A DNA stretch of 62,675 bases, counting the filler, from Sphacelaria rigidula (Eukaryota), in the NCBI GenBank assembly GCA_964200075.2. It is 8 parts of 8 records of this genome, joined end to end, with 100 filler letters (N's around TTAATTAATTAA, not from the genome) between each part and the next. Parts side by side here need not be neighbours in the genome. Positions count along the whole stretch, not along the records: positions 7,849 to 15,596 come from CAXNAA020013584.1; positions 15,697 to 23,444 come from CAXNAA020013585.1; positions 23,545 to 31,291 come from CAXNAA020013586.1; 5 more parts are not named here. One strand, 5' to 3'. A model generated the notes under the pieces. It was not told the origin of the DNA, did no database searches, and worked only from the letters and a program-made list of their open reading frames with translations. Shown in pieces: positions 11,101-23,599 of this stretch; within the stretch, counting starts at the first letter, position 1; the number at the start of each line of letters is the position of its first letter. The position numbers were made by a program, and so were the translations under genes.

Positions 11101-13990
11101 TTAAGACCTATCTCGAGACAAATGAAACATGTGGGGTTATTCGACCTTTTCTTGACATCAGCAGTGGGAGAGTAGATGGAAATGGTATTGGCGACAAACC
11201 TACCAGTAGAGCTGTCGATCAATATCGGCTTCATCCCTTAAATCTTCACCCCACACTGGCATCCGCTCTTCTTTATACTTTCTATGCAAACATGATGATT
11301 GCTGTAAAGTCGATACATCGCGCTTGACACGCATGTCGGGCGATGGTATCGTAGCCCAAACGCATATGGAAAGCGTATGCTAAGATATACAAACAAATTA
11401 CAGGGCTCTATTCCCGGCTTACTCCCCTACAGCGCTGTAAACTGGGTACGCGGGTTATGAAGCGCAAGCTGGGCGTCTATGACTCGCGGTCAATTTCCCC
11501 CCCAAGCATGATACAAAGTCCAGCAAAAATTAAGCCCATACAACGTTCGGGCAAGGATCATGGGCTTCTGTTTCGTTTGTTTTTCTCCTCAACGCCGGAA
11601 AGGTACAGTTTTTTCCAGTTGAGTATCCCCGGTACTATATTGTCAAGCCCTTTGCTCGACCATCCTTCCCAATGCGCTTGCGGTGTAGCAGTGATCAGAT
11701 GAAAATCTCATGTAAAAATTTCAAATGTAAAGTACGGTTGGATCAGGTACGGTAGTGTCCTGTACACGTAACGGGAAGGCGACGATCGACGCTCAACCCT
11801 TCGACTGCAACTCCCCCTACATAGACTATGATCGATTTTTCCCCGTTACTCTTTTTTGCAAGCGACAGCGTGCCCATGTACATGAGCAGGTAAATGCGGA
11901 GCACTTGTATGAAGAACATAAGTATGTAAAGTATGCCCCTTGCCCGAGTTTGAGACTGTCGGTTAAGTTCACGACTTCGCCTGTTACAGCTATTTTCGCG
12001 GACGACGTGTTTTGAAGCTATCTTTCCAGGTGACACGCACTGCCTACCAGGATGGGTGGACTGGTTGATTATCGCGCATTATCTCGTCCGTTACGAACCC
12101 AACCGTGGTGACAGGCAAAAAAATCCCGAGGTATCTAGGCGCAAACACTGGGGAAAGGAAAGTCGAGAAAGAAAATTATGGAAAAGGGAGGAGATCGCAG
12201 ACGCAATGAACTAAAAACGAGGAAAGGAAAAAAAAGGAAAATGAAAGGCAGGAACAAGAAAAACGCCTGTTTAAGATCTAGTGTCGGTCCCAATAAAAAA
12301 ATGTACGACATGCCCCTGTCGCATGACTTCCGGCAAGCGGGTCGTACAAAGCCAGAACAAGAGAAGGCTAAGAAAGGCGTGGAAGCGGGTTACGACTCAG
12401 CTCTCTTTAGACTACACTTTCTGGGGATGAACTCTCGTCCACCAGTTCTGCAAGAGCGAGACGCGAGCATTAACATGACACTAAAAAAGCGAGAACAAAC
12501 TGCCGTGATATGCATACTCTGCGCCTATGGCCTTTTGGTGCTCTTGAGGCAGCGCTGGCACACCTTGAGCATGTGTTGAGACGTGTACAACGCAGGTCAC
12601 ATCCGTCTCAACTGTCCGTACTGCACTGTCTGTACTACTGCTGGATACCCTACGCACATAATTTTCTTCACTAGCACCTCAACACACTAATAGCAGCACT
12701 AAACTATTTGGTGTCACTCACCGCTCTGCACTACATACAGCCTACGCTGTTCGTATCTCTGCTTTATAGTGTTTTACAGGGAATGTGGTGCGGCTTTAGT
12801 ATCTTGACAACGAGAAGAGGAGTAGGGCAGCCGCAAAGACTGCGAAGAGAGCAAAAATGTTTTTTCTTTGCACTTCAATGATCCAAGTGGTCCTTACGGT
12901 TTGAGTACAACACCGCTTGACAGCGACGTAGTCCAACAGTCCATCTCTACGGGAACAGATTGGGCTCAACGTCCAATCGAACCCATCGAAGCGGTCACAC
13001 CCCTTCCTTTTACATGGAGCTAAAAGCACCACCAATGCGCTGAACTGTCAGCAAGCAAAACGGCCCCTAGATGGATATCGCAATCCATTCGGGTCTACCT
13101 CAATTCACGTCGACACTACTGAAATTGTTGCCTTCATCATTCGTGCTTATGTTTCGCGTCTCAGTACCGAAGTAGTTTGACGTTAGCTGCGCCTTGCTGG
13201 ACCTGCTTCCCTCGCTTTGGGTGTGATGTAGTTTGTCTCAGGTCAAGTAGACGTCAAAGATAGGCGGAGGAGCAGGAGTATCCGCCAGTTCACGTTGGAA
13301 GAGGTCAGTGCATATTTATTGAAAGTTGCGGGTGCTAGCAAGCTCCGTGCATGCAAATCGGAAAAATTCGGCGACAATGAGTGGGGTGGGTAGAAAGGAC
13401 GGCGATATCAGCTTCGCTAGTTTTCGATGCTACAATAGTATAAGCGAATCACGCCGAACGAAGTTGAGCCTTGAAACGACTCTGCTAGGCCTACACGTGT
13501 GGTCAACTTGCTCGGCTTCGATTAGCACCGTGTCCGCTCCACGGAAGCATCCTTCGCGAGGCCATTCGGTAGACACGCATATATGCCTTTTGTTGATCCC
13601 CTTGCGATAATACGTGTGCGCTGTCTCGTGTGACCTGCGTTGGCCCTAGGAACACCGAAGAACCATGAAAGAGTTTGAAGAGGAGTACGAGATCAAGAGG
13701 ATACCCAGGCCCGACGAAGTCAAGCCACCAGGGGCGTAGATGTAGCTTTGAATAAGCGAACACCATGGATGTATTTCATGGTTAATTTGATTTTTCCGCG
13801 TGATCTATTTCATGGTTTTGCAGTGGGATGATCCAGCATTCCCTTTCCTCCAGCGAAACGCGATGGCACAGTCGTTGGTGAGGGTTTCAAGGGCGCATAG
13901 GATAGAACTAAAAACGAGTACGAGTAAGTCGAGGTGTCGGCGATACTCTAGGTATTCTTCGATACTCAGTCTTTTTGGCAGGCGGCTGCC

Positions 13991-14353
13991 GGTCGCCCCG
14001 GTGGCTCAGTTGGTAACCTCGAAACCCTCTGACGGTTGGGTCGTGGGTTCGAACCTCGATGTAGTCACACGATCTGGGATTTTTTCTCACACCATACCCA
14101 ACAGTGGAGAGCGACTATATGTCGTGGGTACACAAAAAATCGACTTCACGATCGACAAGGGAAAGGGACCGCTGGACGCCTCTTGTGATGAAAATCAAGG
14201 TAAGCACCGCAGAAGGAAGGTGAAGTACTACTGTCAAAAGGAAAAAACAAAACTCTTGTTTTGACGTTCCTCCTGTGTGACCCCGGCTGATGCGCCCACA
14301 TAAACCGAAAGGTGTGGACTGGCTTCAAGAATAGGTGATATGACAACACACAC
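13991..14353 (+). mobile_element. tRNA-derived SINE, family A (near full length)
   Basis: A box TGGCTCAGTTGG, B box GGTTCGAACC, body, and a tail ending ACAACACACAC. Head recurs at 33341-33530 (-); tail recurs at 33725-33860, 32240-32325 and 32375-32936 (-). Confidence 0.85.
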
Positions 14354-14461
14354 CCAAAGTTGGGTACTCTGGCATACGCAGTATTTTTGGTAGTCGATAC
14401 TGAAGGCGTTGTTCTGTAATAATCAGTATTCCTGGCAGGCGATACTTCAGGAACTACAGAA

Positions 14462-14794
14462 CACACGCGGCCATTTCTCTACACCCCAAAATGCCTCCGG
14501 AGAGATGCACGGCCTTCCAGGGGTAATACAAGCCTTCGGAGGCCTTCAATCCCTCTGGAGGGAACCAAACTCCACCGACCCGGAGGGCCGCGCACCCCTC
14601 CGGAGGAAGTTGGGGGGTATGCGCGGTCCTCCACAGGCAAAATAAGCCTCCAGAGACGTTTAATCCCTCTGGAGGAAACCAAAAAAATTCCTCTGGAGGG
14701 CCGCGCCCCCCTCCGGAGGCGTTTAGTTCCTCTGGAGGCTCGAAAAGTTTATCCACCTGGAGGAATTCTGGAGGAAGCCAAATGGCCGCGTGTG
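14462..14794. mobile_element. Tc1/mariner-like MITE with internal CCTC(C/T)(A/G)GAGG palindromes
   Basis: TIRs CACACGCGGCCATT / AATGGCCGCGTGTG. A second copy at 32445-32824 has a TA TSD. Confidence 0.8.
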
Positions 14795-15696
14795 AATGCT
14801 CAGTATCTCTGATGGTCGATACTTGAGGTGCTTTGGAACACCCGGTATTTTCGGCAAGTGATCCTTCATTGAGCAGTCGATCCAGGCTGGTTCACATTTT
14901 CTGTCAGGAATTGTGTGATCAGCAAATGCCTTGCAATGCTCACCCAATAGTCGCATATTCGATATCATACTGACCGTCATGGACAGCTTAAGAGGGTGAC
15001 ATAGCCGGGTTTCTGTTCAATGCTTTAGTGGTGGCGCTAAGGGCGAAAAAATACTTCGACCAATCAGCGCCCCTCGAGTTGTTCCGAGATCAGATTACAC
15101 ATTTCAAGCCCAATTACCCAATCTGCACATGCTTAAAATCGTAGTAACCGCCATCAGCTGGGGAATCTGACGGAAAAGAAAACAGTTTCGAAAACGGTTA
15201 CAACGGGATCGATTTATACCCGAAATCGTGTGACTGGGGTTTTGGCGTCGTCTAATTTCCACTGATGATACGCTCGAAAGACCCAGGAGGCCTCGTGACG
15301 GTCTCCCTTTGATCTCTCGTAGAAAAGCTCAGATCGCTCTCAAACTTTGAAGTTTCGTAGGTATTGGTGCTCCAAATGCGAAAATTGATTTGTTGGCAAT
15401 AAATGAAAGTTTCTCCGTTCTTTACCGGCTTCGTGGGGGTCACAGTGTCAAGACTCCCGGAAGGCGGTACAGAATGCCTAAAAAACATGAAAATAAAAAA
15501 GAAACAGTGGATTCTCAGAAATGAGATTGAAACAGCCAATCATCTATGTTGAGGATGGTGCTTTTGATTGAGGATGAGAAGCCGGAGGATTAAAATNNNN
15601 NNNNNNNNNNNNNNNNNNNNNNNNNNNNNNNNNNNNNNNNTTAATTAATTAANNNNNNNNNNNNNNNNNNNNNNNNNNNNNNNNNNNNNNNNNNNN

Positions 15697-15790
15697 GACA
15701 AAAACGTCATCGGGCACCACCGCTGAAAGTGTGGGGAAAGCAATGCTTTAGGCTTGAACCTCATCTCGGAGGTAAACCTCAGTTCGCACG
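15697..15790 (-). mobile_element. Putative LTR 5' end at contig edge
   Basis: Near-identical to 54930-54996; shares the ~38-bp terminus GTGCG..TGAGGTTTA.CTCCGAGATGAGG with 54239. Confidence 0.55.
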
Positions 15791-18308
15791 ATTTTTTGTT
15801 TTATATGATCAAAACGAGTTACTATATGCGGTACCTTGAAGTCCACTGTAGCACCTGCGGTGCTTCGAAGTTCTCTGACGCTAATCTTCGACGGTTACCC
15901 CACGCCGAACCGAATTTGGCCTCAATGAAATATCGAAAGTAATGATCGAATTCTGTTCTAGTTTTTGCGGCATACCTTGCTACGGGTGAATGCGAAGATG
16001 CCGCCACTTGGCATGCATTTGACATTGTTCGCCAAACCCTAGCAAACGCTGGAAGGGTATTCATTAGGCTATCAAATTATTCGAAATCTGTACATTAAGT
16101 CATGTTTCGCCGATATTCACCATGACTAGGTGCATCTCTGGTGACAGCAGGCACTGCGAAAAGCCCAGCATCGCCGGTACTCATTGAAGCGTCGGTCTAC
16201 CGTGGACAGTAAGTTGAAAGCTACCTCTGCTTCTCCGGTCTGATTAGTATAGCAACCTTCCAAGGCGATACCGATATGTTTGCGTTTTCTATGTCCGTTG
16301 ATGTATCCGTTGACTACCCCTCGTGACAATCTTTTTGTCGACACCTCCACCCTCAGGCGGCAAGGGCAGCGAGAATCATGTTCGGACCTTGGCTGCCCCA
16401 AGGATCGCCCCCGGTTACCACGCTCATACCTTGTCTTCAGGTATACATCACCATCGTACTTCTTGTCCTTGTTGGCCCAGCAACACTTCCGCATATCTCG
16501 ACATACGGAGTAGTGATGAACAAAACTCCAACGCGGAGGAACCACGATGCGCAGACGCCTCTCGAAAAAACGCCATACTCTGGTTCTATGCCGTCACGAT
16601 TTTGACTTCTGTTTTTGCTAGTGTTTGGAAAGCTTTTTTCCCCCCTCAGGAATATCCATGTACTTGTGCGCTCTGCTTTTGGAGAAAGCAACCATTACCA
16701 TGATTTTCACATCACGACCCGTCTTTCGGCCTAGCTAGCCGCACAACTTTCAACTTTCGGTACGGTCATGCCGGAGTACTGTGAACCCCCAATAGCTGAT
16801 CAGGGATTCCGCTTCAATTTTTACAAGAAATAGATCTCGCACTTCCGAGAGATTCCGTTCACTGAGACACCTCGACGAAATCTTACCATGGAGACAATCT
16901 TCGGTGGCGTGACCACCATAGCTGTAGAGGCAAAGAACTCCGAGAAACATATCAGACAGGCCTCGTATACTCCGTTGCCTGCGAGACACCTCGCTTTTTG
17001 TGCGTTATAACCATGTGACGTGGGTCGGTCGTTCACGCTATTTACAAACACTTACAGTGCTGCTAGGCCTAGAGTATGCATGTGGACGGGGGGCCTATGG
17101 ACTGCTGTGCGGGGCTACTACGCTGACATAGCTGTATCACTACAGCCTACGGATTGCCCTTGCACCACCCACGAACACACGGTGGCAGGATTCGAACACG
17201 GTCGACAACAGGAACCATGTTCTCGAGGAGCGAAAGAAGCGCATGACGGTTGGCCCATCGGAGACACCCCTGGCAAAGCAGGTACCCGATCTCGTGTGCT
17301 GTCGTTGACCCTTTTGCCGCCCAGCACTACTGTGGGGTATTTTCTGCCGGAGCACTCGGATGCGAAAATCAAAACCAATCGAGAAACCGCAATATTGGGG
17401 ATTCAAAATGGACTAACATTCATGACCGAAGATAGAGGAAAACATGTGCGCTTCGAACTTCGGGTACTTCGTATCTCAAAGCAAAACGCAATTCCATCGT
17501 GGAATGATTGGCGTTGAAAAGCGAGGTCGTTGGTATCGACTGTCGAGGCTGCACCATTTAAACTTTCCATGCAGACTGTGGAATTCGATTGTCTGCTGCC
17601 GGAGGCGATGTTGGCGTGGGATACGGTGATGAAGCACCGCGCGTCGCACATCCACCTGGCTTTTGACCAGTACTGCTCCACATTCCAGGTGTGCACGTAT
17701 TCCCCCCTTACTCACCGAGTAGCACATGACACTTCGGTGTTGAAACCAATTCTTCGCGATAGCGTTTGCTTTGCCGATTATTCCCAGTATCACTTTGTTG
17801 TTTCGGTCGTGTCGAGATCAAGACATCCAGAAGATTTCGGGAAAATTGACGGACACTGCTTCTGTTTGAAATTCCGACTACATACAACGCATACCACGTC
17901 ACTGGAACCTATCGGGCACGGCTAGCGAGTTGACAGTCGTTTTTTGTTTTCCCTAGTATATTTGTAGATATGACCATCCCTCTAGAGGTACAAGGATATA
18001 ACTAGAAAGTTCTAATTGCTCTGGTTGGTGATCTTCGGATCCTGACTTTGGTTTCATTTCTGTTTGGCTTCCAGTAGTCCGAATGATCGCCTGCGGCACC
18101 GGAACTTTTGGGGTTAGCAATTTGTTTTATCTTGTATCGCGTCTGTGTGAACTTTTTCTGGTTCCTACATTATTTTCTTCGATTTTCTTGAATCCTGTTT
18201 TGGGAAGTCCTGTGACCACGGAAGGCGTCCGCGTCAGATACCAAGTGCGGAGTATTGCGCAGGTATGGGGACGGTTTTCAAAGTAAAGACAAGAAGAAAA
18301 AGAAAAAG

Positions 18309-18376
<68 letters not shown>

Positions 18377-18392
18377 CGACAACAGCAACAAC
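18309..18392 (+). repeat. (CAA)n microsatellite
   Basis: About 27 units preceded by an A-rich tract; possibly a retroposon tail. Confidence 0.95.
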
Positions 18393-19051
18393 GCGGTTGA
18401 GGACTACCGCAGACCACCTTGACTTTCGCTCGCAAATTCCCCCCTCCCTTCCCCCCTCTTTCTCTCCGTAGGTGGGTGAGACCAGCATGCGATAAGCGAC
18501 ACTGTTTCAGGCTTTCGGGCATTATTTGTGTTATGGAATGATTTCTTCCAAACCCGAAATACGATGCATGGGTATCACAGAGAGGGAATCCGTTAACAAT
18601 GAGGCAGCCATGAGAGTGAATCGGCAGGGCATTGCTGGACGTTGTGTGTATTTAGCATTTTCATCATTTGGAGGTTTTGATGCCTGATATGCTGCTGCCT
18701 GCCACAAAGAGCTTGCCTGACAGATAACAACGTGTCAATCACACCTGTACCACCTACCTCTAATTCCTATGGGTTCTCCCAACGTGAGCACCCACTGTAT
18801 CTCCATCGTGTCCGGCCTCGGTGCAACACAAAAAGCAAACGGTGAAAGGGGTATCTTGTTTTTAGATGTTTCATCGTTAGCCTGATAATGTCAACACGGA
18901 GTTGCTGTCTGGTCGAATAGTAGCACTACTGTGACGATATACAGTTGGGTTTTTTTTACGATCGAACTGTGAGAAACTCTTATGATCCTATCAAGCGTCA
19001 CGTGCACGGGAATTTTTTGTTTTCTTGAAGTCTATGTTTACGTAAATACAG

Positions 19052-19279
19052 GTGTGCGAGGAAATGAGGTTTGCCACGGACGAGTCACCGAGGGGAAGAG
19101 ATGCGGTAATCATGGAGCTCAGCAAGGCACTAGTAGAAAAACGGGGTAGGCGCGGGCTTTACACCCCGCCTAGCGATGAAAACGGCACGGTTGCCGTAGG
19201 ACTGGCTCATGAAACAAACGATGCAGCTGAGAACGAAGCAAGAGCCGATGTCCTTGGCGCACCGGAAGACGTTACGCAG
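19052..19279 (+). CDS. Candidate exon, unknown protein
   Basis: Acceptor TACAG| then open frame VCEEMRFATDESPRGRDAVIMELSKALVEK...PEDVTQ. The 3' end is uncertain (possible GC donor CAG|GCAAG). Confidence 0.4.
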
Positions 19280-19617
19280 GCAAGGACGTATTGCTCGAAG
19301 AGATACATTTTGACACGGTTCAGTTGCCGTCAGGTGTAATCAAACTGACCTGTAAAAGTGAGTTATTGGCTCTCCGATTAACGCATCGTGGCTACTATCA
19401 CGAACGACCCAGTGTCAACTCATTTTCTCGTCGTATGTGTTCTCGCCGGATTCCTGCTGAATCTGCGCTCAGATTTATGGAGATTCCGAATATCATCGTC
19501 AGCCGTGTGGTTGACCTCAAAATGGATTACTCAAATGCGCCGATACAATTTGTATTGCGAATCCGGGTTTACGGTATTTTTTTCTAACCTAGTGCATCCA
19601 CTATCGAGTGTTGACAG

Positions 19618-19790
19618 AGCGCTATGACCTGGATAATGGAGAGTACGGGAGAGGCCACATGTATGAAGGATTACGTGAGCATGCATGCTCCGGTGGTGGA
19701 GCTGTGCTCCAAGGACGATCTGGTTCTTGCGCTCAAGTATCTCCACCCTGCACTGAATGATACCGCCGTCAAAACCTTGGGTAAAGAAGG
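19618..19790 (+). CDS. Candidate exon, unknown protein (possibly same gene as 19052)
   Basis: Acceptor TTGACAG|, then SAMTWIMESTGEATCMKDYVSMHAPVVELCSKDDLVLALKYLHPALNDTAVKTLG with candidate GT donors at ~19781 and ~19790. Confidence 0.45.
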
Positions 19791-20589
19791 TGATGCTATA
19801 TGCGCTGTACGGCGGCAACAACACCTTGAAACTCCTCGGTCGCAAAAATAGTCATCTTCCATCAACATGTGTCGCGTTGTCATGTGGATTGCATGCATCG
19901 CATGCATCAGAATGCTCCAGCGTAGAGACATTCAAGCACGATGAAAACCTCCGAAGGCTCGATCGTCAAGCTTTAAACGTCTGAAACGCCTCGCCGCTGT
20001 TGTTTCTAGATGCATTTCCCATCCTGGAGACGGACTGAGACTTGCTGTTGACCACTCTTCGATAGTCTAGTGTAGATTATTCTTGTGCGTTGTAGAACTT
20101 ATCCGGGACCAACTTGAAAATAGTGTTCTGAACAAAAACGCTAGCTCCAGTCAATCGACAAAATACAGCTCTTCAATCGAGCATTATCTAGGGAAACGTG
20201 GTTTGCATCAATTTGACGGCGGTATCGATGAAATTTGTCTCGAGTTTCATATTTTTTCCCCCCAAATCTGCTCTTTCTAAGGCACTTATGGTGTCATTGC
20301 GGAGTGGGTAGACCTCAATACGTCAGCACTTTCGTCCCGTACAACGGTACGGGCAGAGTGAACGAGATGTTCAAAGACAAACTACACAACCCTTTCAGTC
20401 GACATCGAGTAGAAATGAAACTCTAATGTTGCTGGTATCAGCGAGATGCTAACGTGAAAGGAAACCGTTATTCACGGAATATCTGCTTGAATCTATATTC
20501 CAACCCGTTCCTGCACTTGCCTCCTCCCCCACGTCGTTCCTTCACATTCTCCCCTGGCACGCTGCGAACATACGTTTTCGGTGAACTTG

Positions 20590-21290
20590 ATCGATTGATT
20601 GGTCGATTTATCGATTCATTCATTGATTCATTCATTGATTCATTGTCTCACACAAGCTTATCCGAGACAAAGCCAGACGTGGTCACAAGCTCGGGGTACC
20701 TCCGTCAAACGAACAGGAACAACAGCTAAAGAAAACGTGAGAAATAAAGAAGCAATAGGACGGAGAGAAGACGCAGAGTAAACAGCAAAACGAAATGAAA
20801 AAAGAAACCAAAAAGTGGAAAAGAAGGAAGGAAAAAAAAAAAAAGCAGCACGAAAAAAAAGAAGAGCAACATAAGTGAAAAGACAAAGCAAAATAAAAAG
20901 GAACAACACGAACCCAACTAAACTGCACCACACCAAACTAAATCATACCAAACGCTAGGCAAAGATCTTGAAGTCCCGAGATAATGGTGACTCGACAGGC
21001 TTCAGCCGCATGGCTTCCGGTACGGAGGCTGTAAACAAACGAAACGTAACAGAATACAACGAACAAGGCCGTCGCAGTAGGTTGCGACTCAGCTATCTGA
21101 GGATCACGCTATTCGGGCAGGGCCTCTCACTCATGAGCTCTGCCGGCGGGAGACGCAAACGTTGACGCCGTACGGGATTGCGGATCTAAAAACGGGAACG
21201 AGAATAAAACAAAACGCAGCACGTGAAAACGAACTACCTTCACCTTGTAAGGTCAACCGAACGGATGAGGGACCGCTGTAGTCGACAGCA
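20590..21290 (-). mobile_element. Retroposon 3' remnant with T-rich tract and (TCAA/TGAA)n tail
   Basis: Same layout as 24890-25177 and 40130-40425: long T-rich tract, GTAC...ACCACG.CTGG...GACAAT, then tetranucleotide tail. Confidence 0.55.
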
Positions 21291-22020
21291 ATGCCAATCA
21301 ATATTGACGCCACGACAATAAGCCAGGTTCAGGTCCAACGGCTGAAGCCCCACTTGCGGAAGAGCAGTGTCGTATTCCTGGCAAGCACGTCTGTCATCAC
21401 ACAACGCTTATTTATCTAATCTAGTTGAGTCCACTACAGAGTCTCTCATGGCCTGAAAGTTTTTGAAGGGAACAGGTCAGAAACCCGCTGAACAATAGGA
21501 ATCCCCGCCCGTTTTATGGTTTCGATTAAAAACAGTTATGTGCTCATCTGCCCAGGGAACGCCGTCGCGTCCGCACCCGATCCATATGCTCGGTATTTCA
21601 AGCAATACCGGGGATGGGACTGCACCATCTTCGTATGAGCTGTTCCGTGGAACGTGTGAGTTGTTCCACGGATCGTTCTGCATACAGGTATCTCATATCG
21701 TACAGTAAATCCAGCTTCCGTGTGTTCACCGAGATTTGGGGTCAACGCACTGCCCCTTGCTCATAGCCTTTCACGACCCATCTGTGCTCTTAAAATGTGG
21801 TCAGGATGTCGCATCATGTGGGAACAGACCCGCACGCTCTTCACGGGGTTATGGGCACAGGAGGAAACCGATACCGGGAAAAAGTGAGCGAACAAATTCC
21901 CCGGTTCATGTTGGATTCATGTTCACGCTTCTTCTGGTTTCTTCTTTCCAGCCCTGATACGAGACATTGCAGGATCCCTACACTCGAAATTTGTCGCCAG
22001 ATTTCCCTCGAATATATACC

Positions 22021-22318
22021 GCCGCGCCCCGTTGGTGTAATGGTCCGACTGTCGCCATCAGGGTGGAGAGAACGAGGGTTCGATTCCCGATGCGTTGGGT
22101 TTTTTTCTTCGTAGTATGTGATTTCCACCGTGGAGAGCGTGAGAACGTGAGTGAACGAAGTAGTAGACTGAGTTTGTTCGACCTGAGCTGACGTGGTGCG
22201 GGAGTGCTGACCCCATCCGCGAGACCGAAATGCAAGGGGTGTACCGGGGAGAGGTGGGTTGATCCCTTGAGACCATGAGGGCATCAGACCACGGACTCGT
22301 CCCGAGGAAGGGGAGGAG
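22021..22318 (+). mobile_element. tRNA-derived SINE, family B
   Basis: A box TGGTGTAATGG, B box GGTTCGATTCC. Closely related copy at 39238-39517 (-); 3' end GACCACGGACTCGTCCCGAGGAAG. Confidence 0.85.
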
Positions 22319-22359
22319 TTGAAAGTGCGACAAATGAAAATAATAAAAATAATGATGAG

Positions 22360-23350
22360 TGCAGACGCACGCCCTATGCTCTATAGCATGCAAAGGATAT
22401 CTTCTCTGCAATCCTGAGCCACCACCGACATCCTGCCCAGAACCTGTGTCGGGCCGGTATGAACAACAAGAAATACCGCGTCGTCTACAGACGATACTCA
22501 TTGTCTTTCGTAGCGTAGGACAATCTAATCTAGGTGAAGCCGTCATTAAGTGTCGCTGATTTTGCTTCGCGGAACGGTCAAGATACAATAACTCGTCCAC
22601 GTCCACTCTCGTCACCGAAACTTGAAACCGCCACGCACCTTCGCACCTTCTACGTTCTTGCTCCTGAAAAGCCGAATGTACACATAAATCGAAATAAATA
22701 GTAGGAAAGTGCAGCTCGGGCCAACGTGACGATACCAATGCCCCGTATCCGCATACATCGCAATTCTTCCGGCGTGCTCTAGGTATTGGGTTCACACCGT
22801 CTTGGACCGCACACAGTGGACGACGCCGTTCAACATGAACGAGTTCAAGAGACAGGAAATTGACAGAGAGGTGACACCTGAACGCCCCTACCTAACCGTG
22901 TACCCCATCACCTACCTGCTTCAAGTCCTGCAGATCGGCACCATATCTGTAGAGTCTGAACGTACCTGTACATGCTACATGCGTTCTGTGGATCTGCAAG
23001 AACTTTCAAACTCCGTAGAACTGCAACTGACTTGCCAGGTGTGAAGCTCACCTCCTCATAAATCAGTTGATGAGATGCAACAGCAGTCTCCTTGCTTGCG
23101 ACCTCGCTCTACCGTACTCCACGACTTCACGCTGGAGCCAAATGCGGCCGTGCTCTTCATGTTTTCGCGAAACGATCGTTGTAGTCGGCGGTTCGTTATC
23201 GGCAGTGAGGCATATCGCTGCGAAGGGGTTTCAAAACCTTATGAGGACCCATCTTAGGTAGCTGGAAGGTGGTCTCGCCTATCCCGTTCCACAGCGCAAT
23301 GTTGTCCCCTCCCGTGATGTCTGCTACAAACGCAAGAAGATTCGCATACC
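22360..23350 (-). pseudogene. Probable decayed DIRS/Ngaro-type retrotransposon (RNase H end + tyrosine recombinase)
   Basis: In order on minus: FVADITGGDNIALWNG (like RNase H HIxGxxNxxAD), LDRSAKQNQ (like RxSKTDQ), and across a frameshift YPLHAI/SIGRASAL (like HSLRIGGAT). Motifs matched by eye only. Confidence 0.45.
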
Positions 23351-23599
23351 CTCGGGATGGACGGGGGGGGGGGGGGGGGAAAGCTGCAAGTCCGGCTTGT
23401 CTCAGTATCAAAGGAGGATTCTATATTAGTGATACATGTCTCTTNNNNNNNNNNNNNNNNNNNNNNNNNNNNNNNNNNNNNNNNNNNNTTAATTAATTAA
23501 NNNNNNNNNNNNNNNNNNNNNNNNNNNNNNNNNNNNNNNNNNNNTCTTGCCCGATTTCTTTCCATTTCGGTATCAACTCTACCTACGCGTTCCAACAGC

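Noticed and set aside
13991..14065. Functional tRNA genes (also 22021, 39517, 10262, 530)
   Set aside because: A/B boxes are present but there is no complete cloverleaf or acceptor stem; most continue into a dispersed SINE body.
16126..17050. APE endonuclease remnant (GFTVLRHDRT); also a hAT dimerisation-like stretch nearby at 15822-16064
   Set aside because: Single weak motifs, not enough to call a feature without a profile search.
18127..18522. Poly-Cys, poly-Val and poly-Thr ORFs
   Set aside because: Artefacts of the (CAA)n microsatellite.
20658..20936. Phe-rich 'membrane protein' ORFs (also 24993, 40231)
   Set aside because: Translations of T-rich retroposon tracts.
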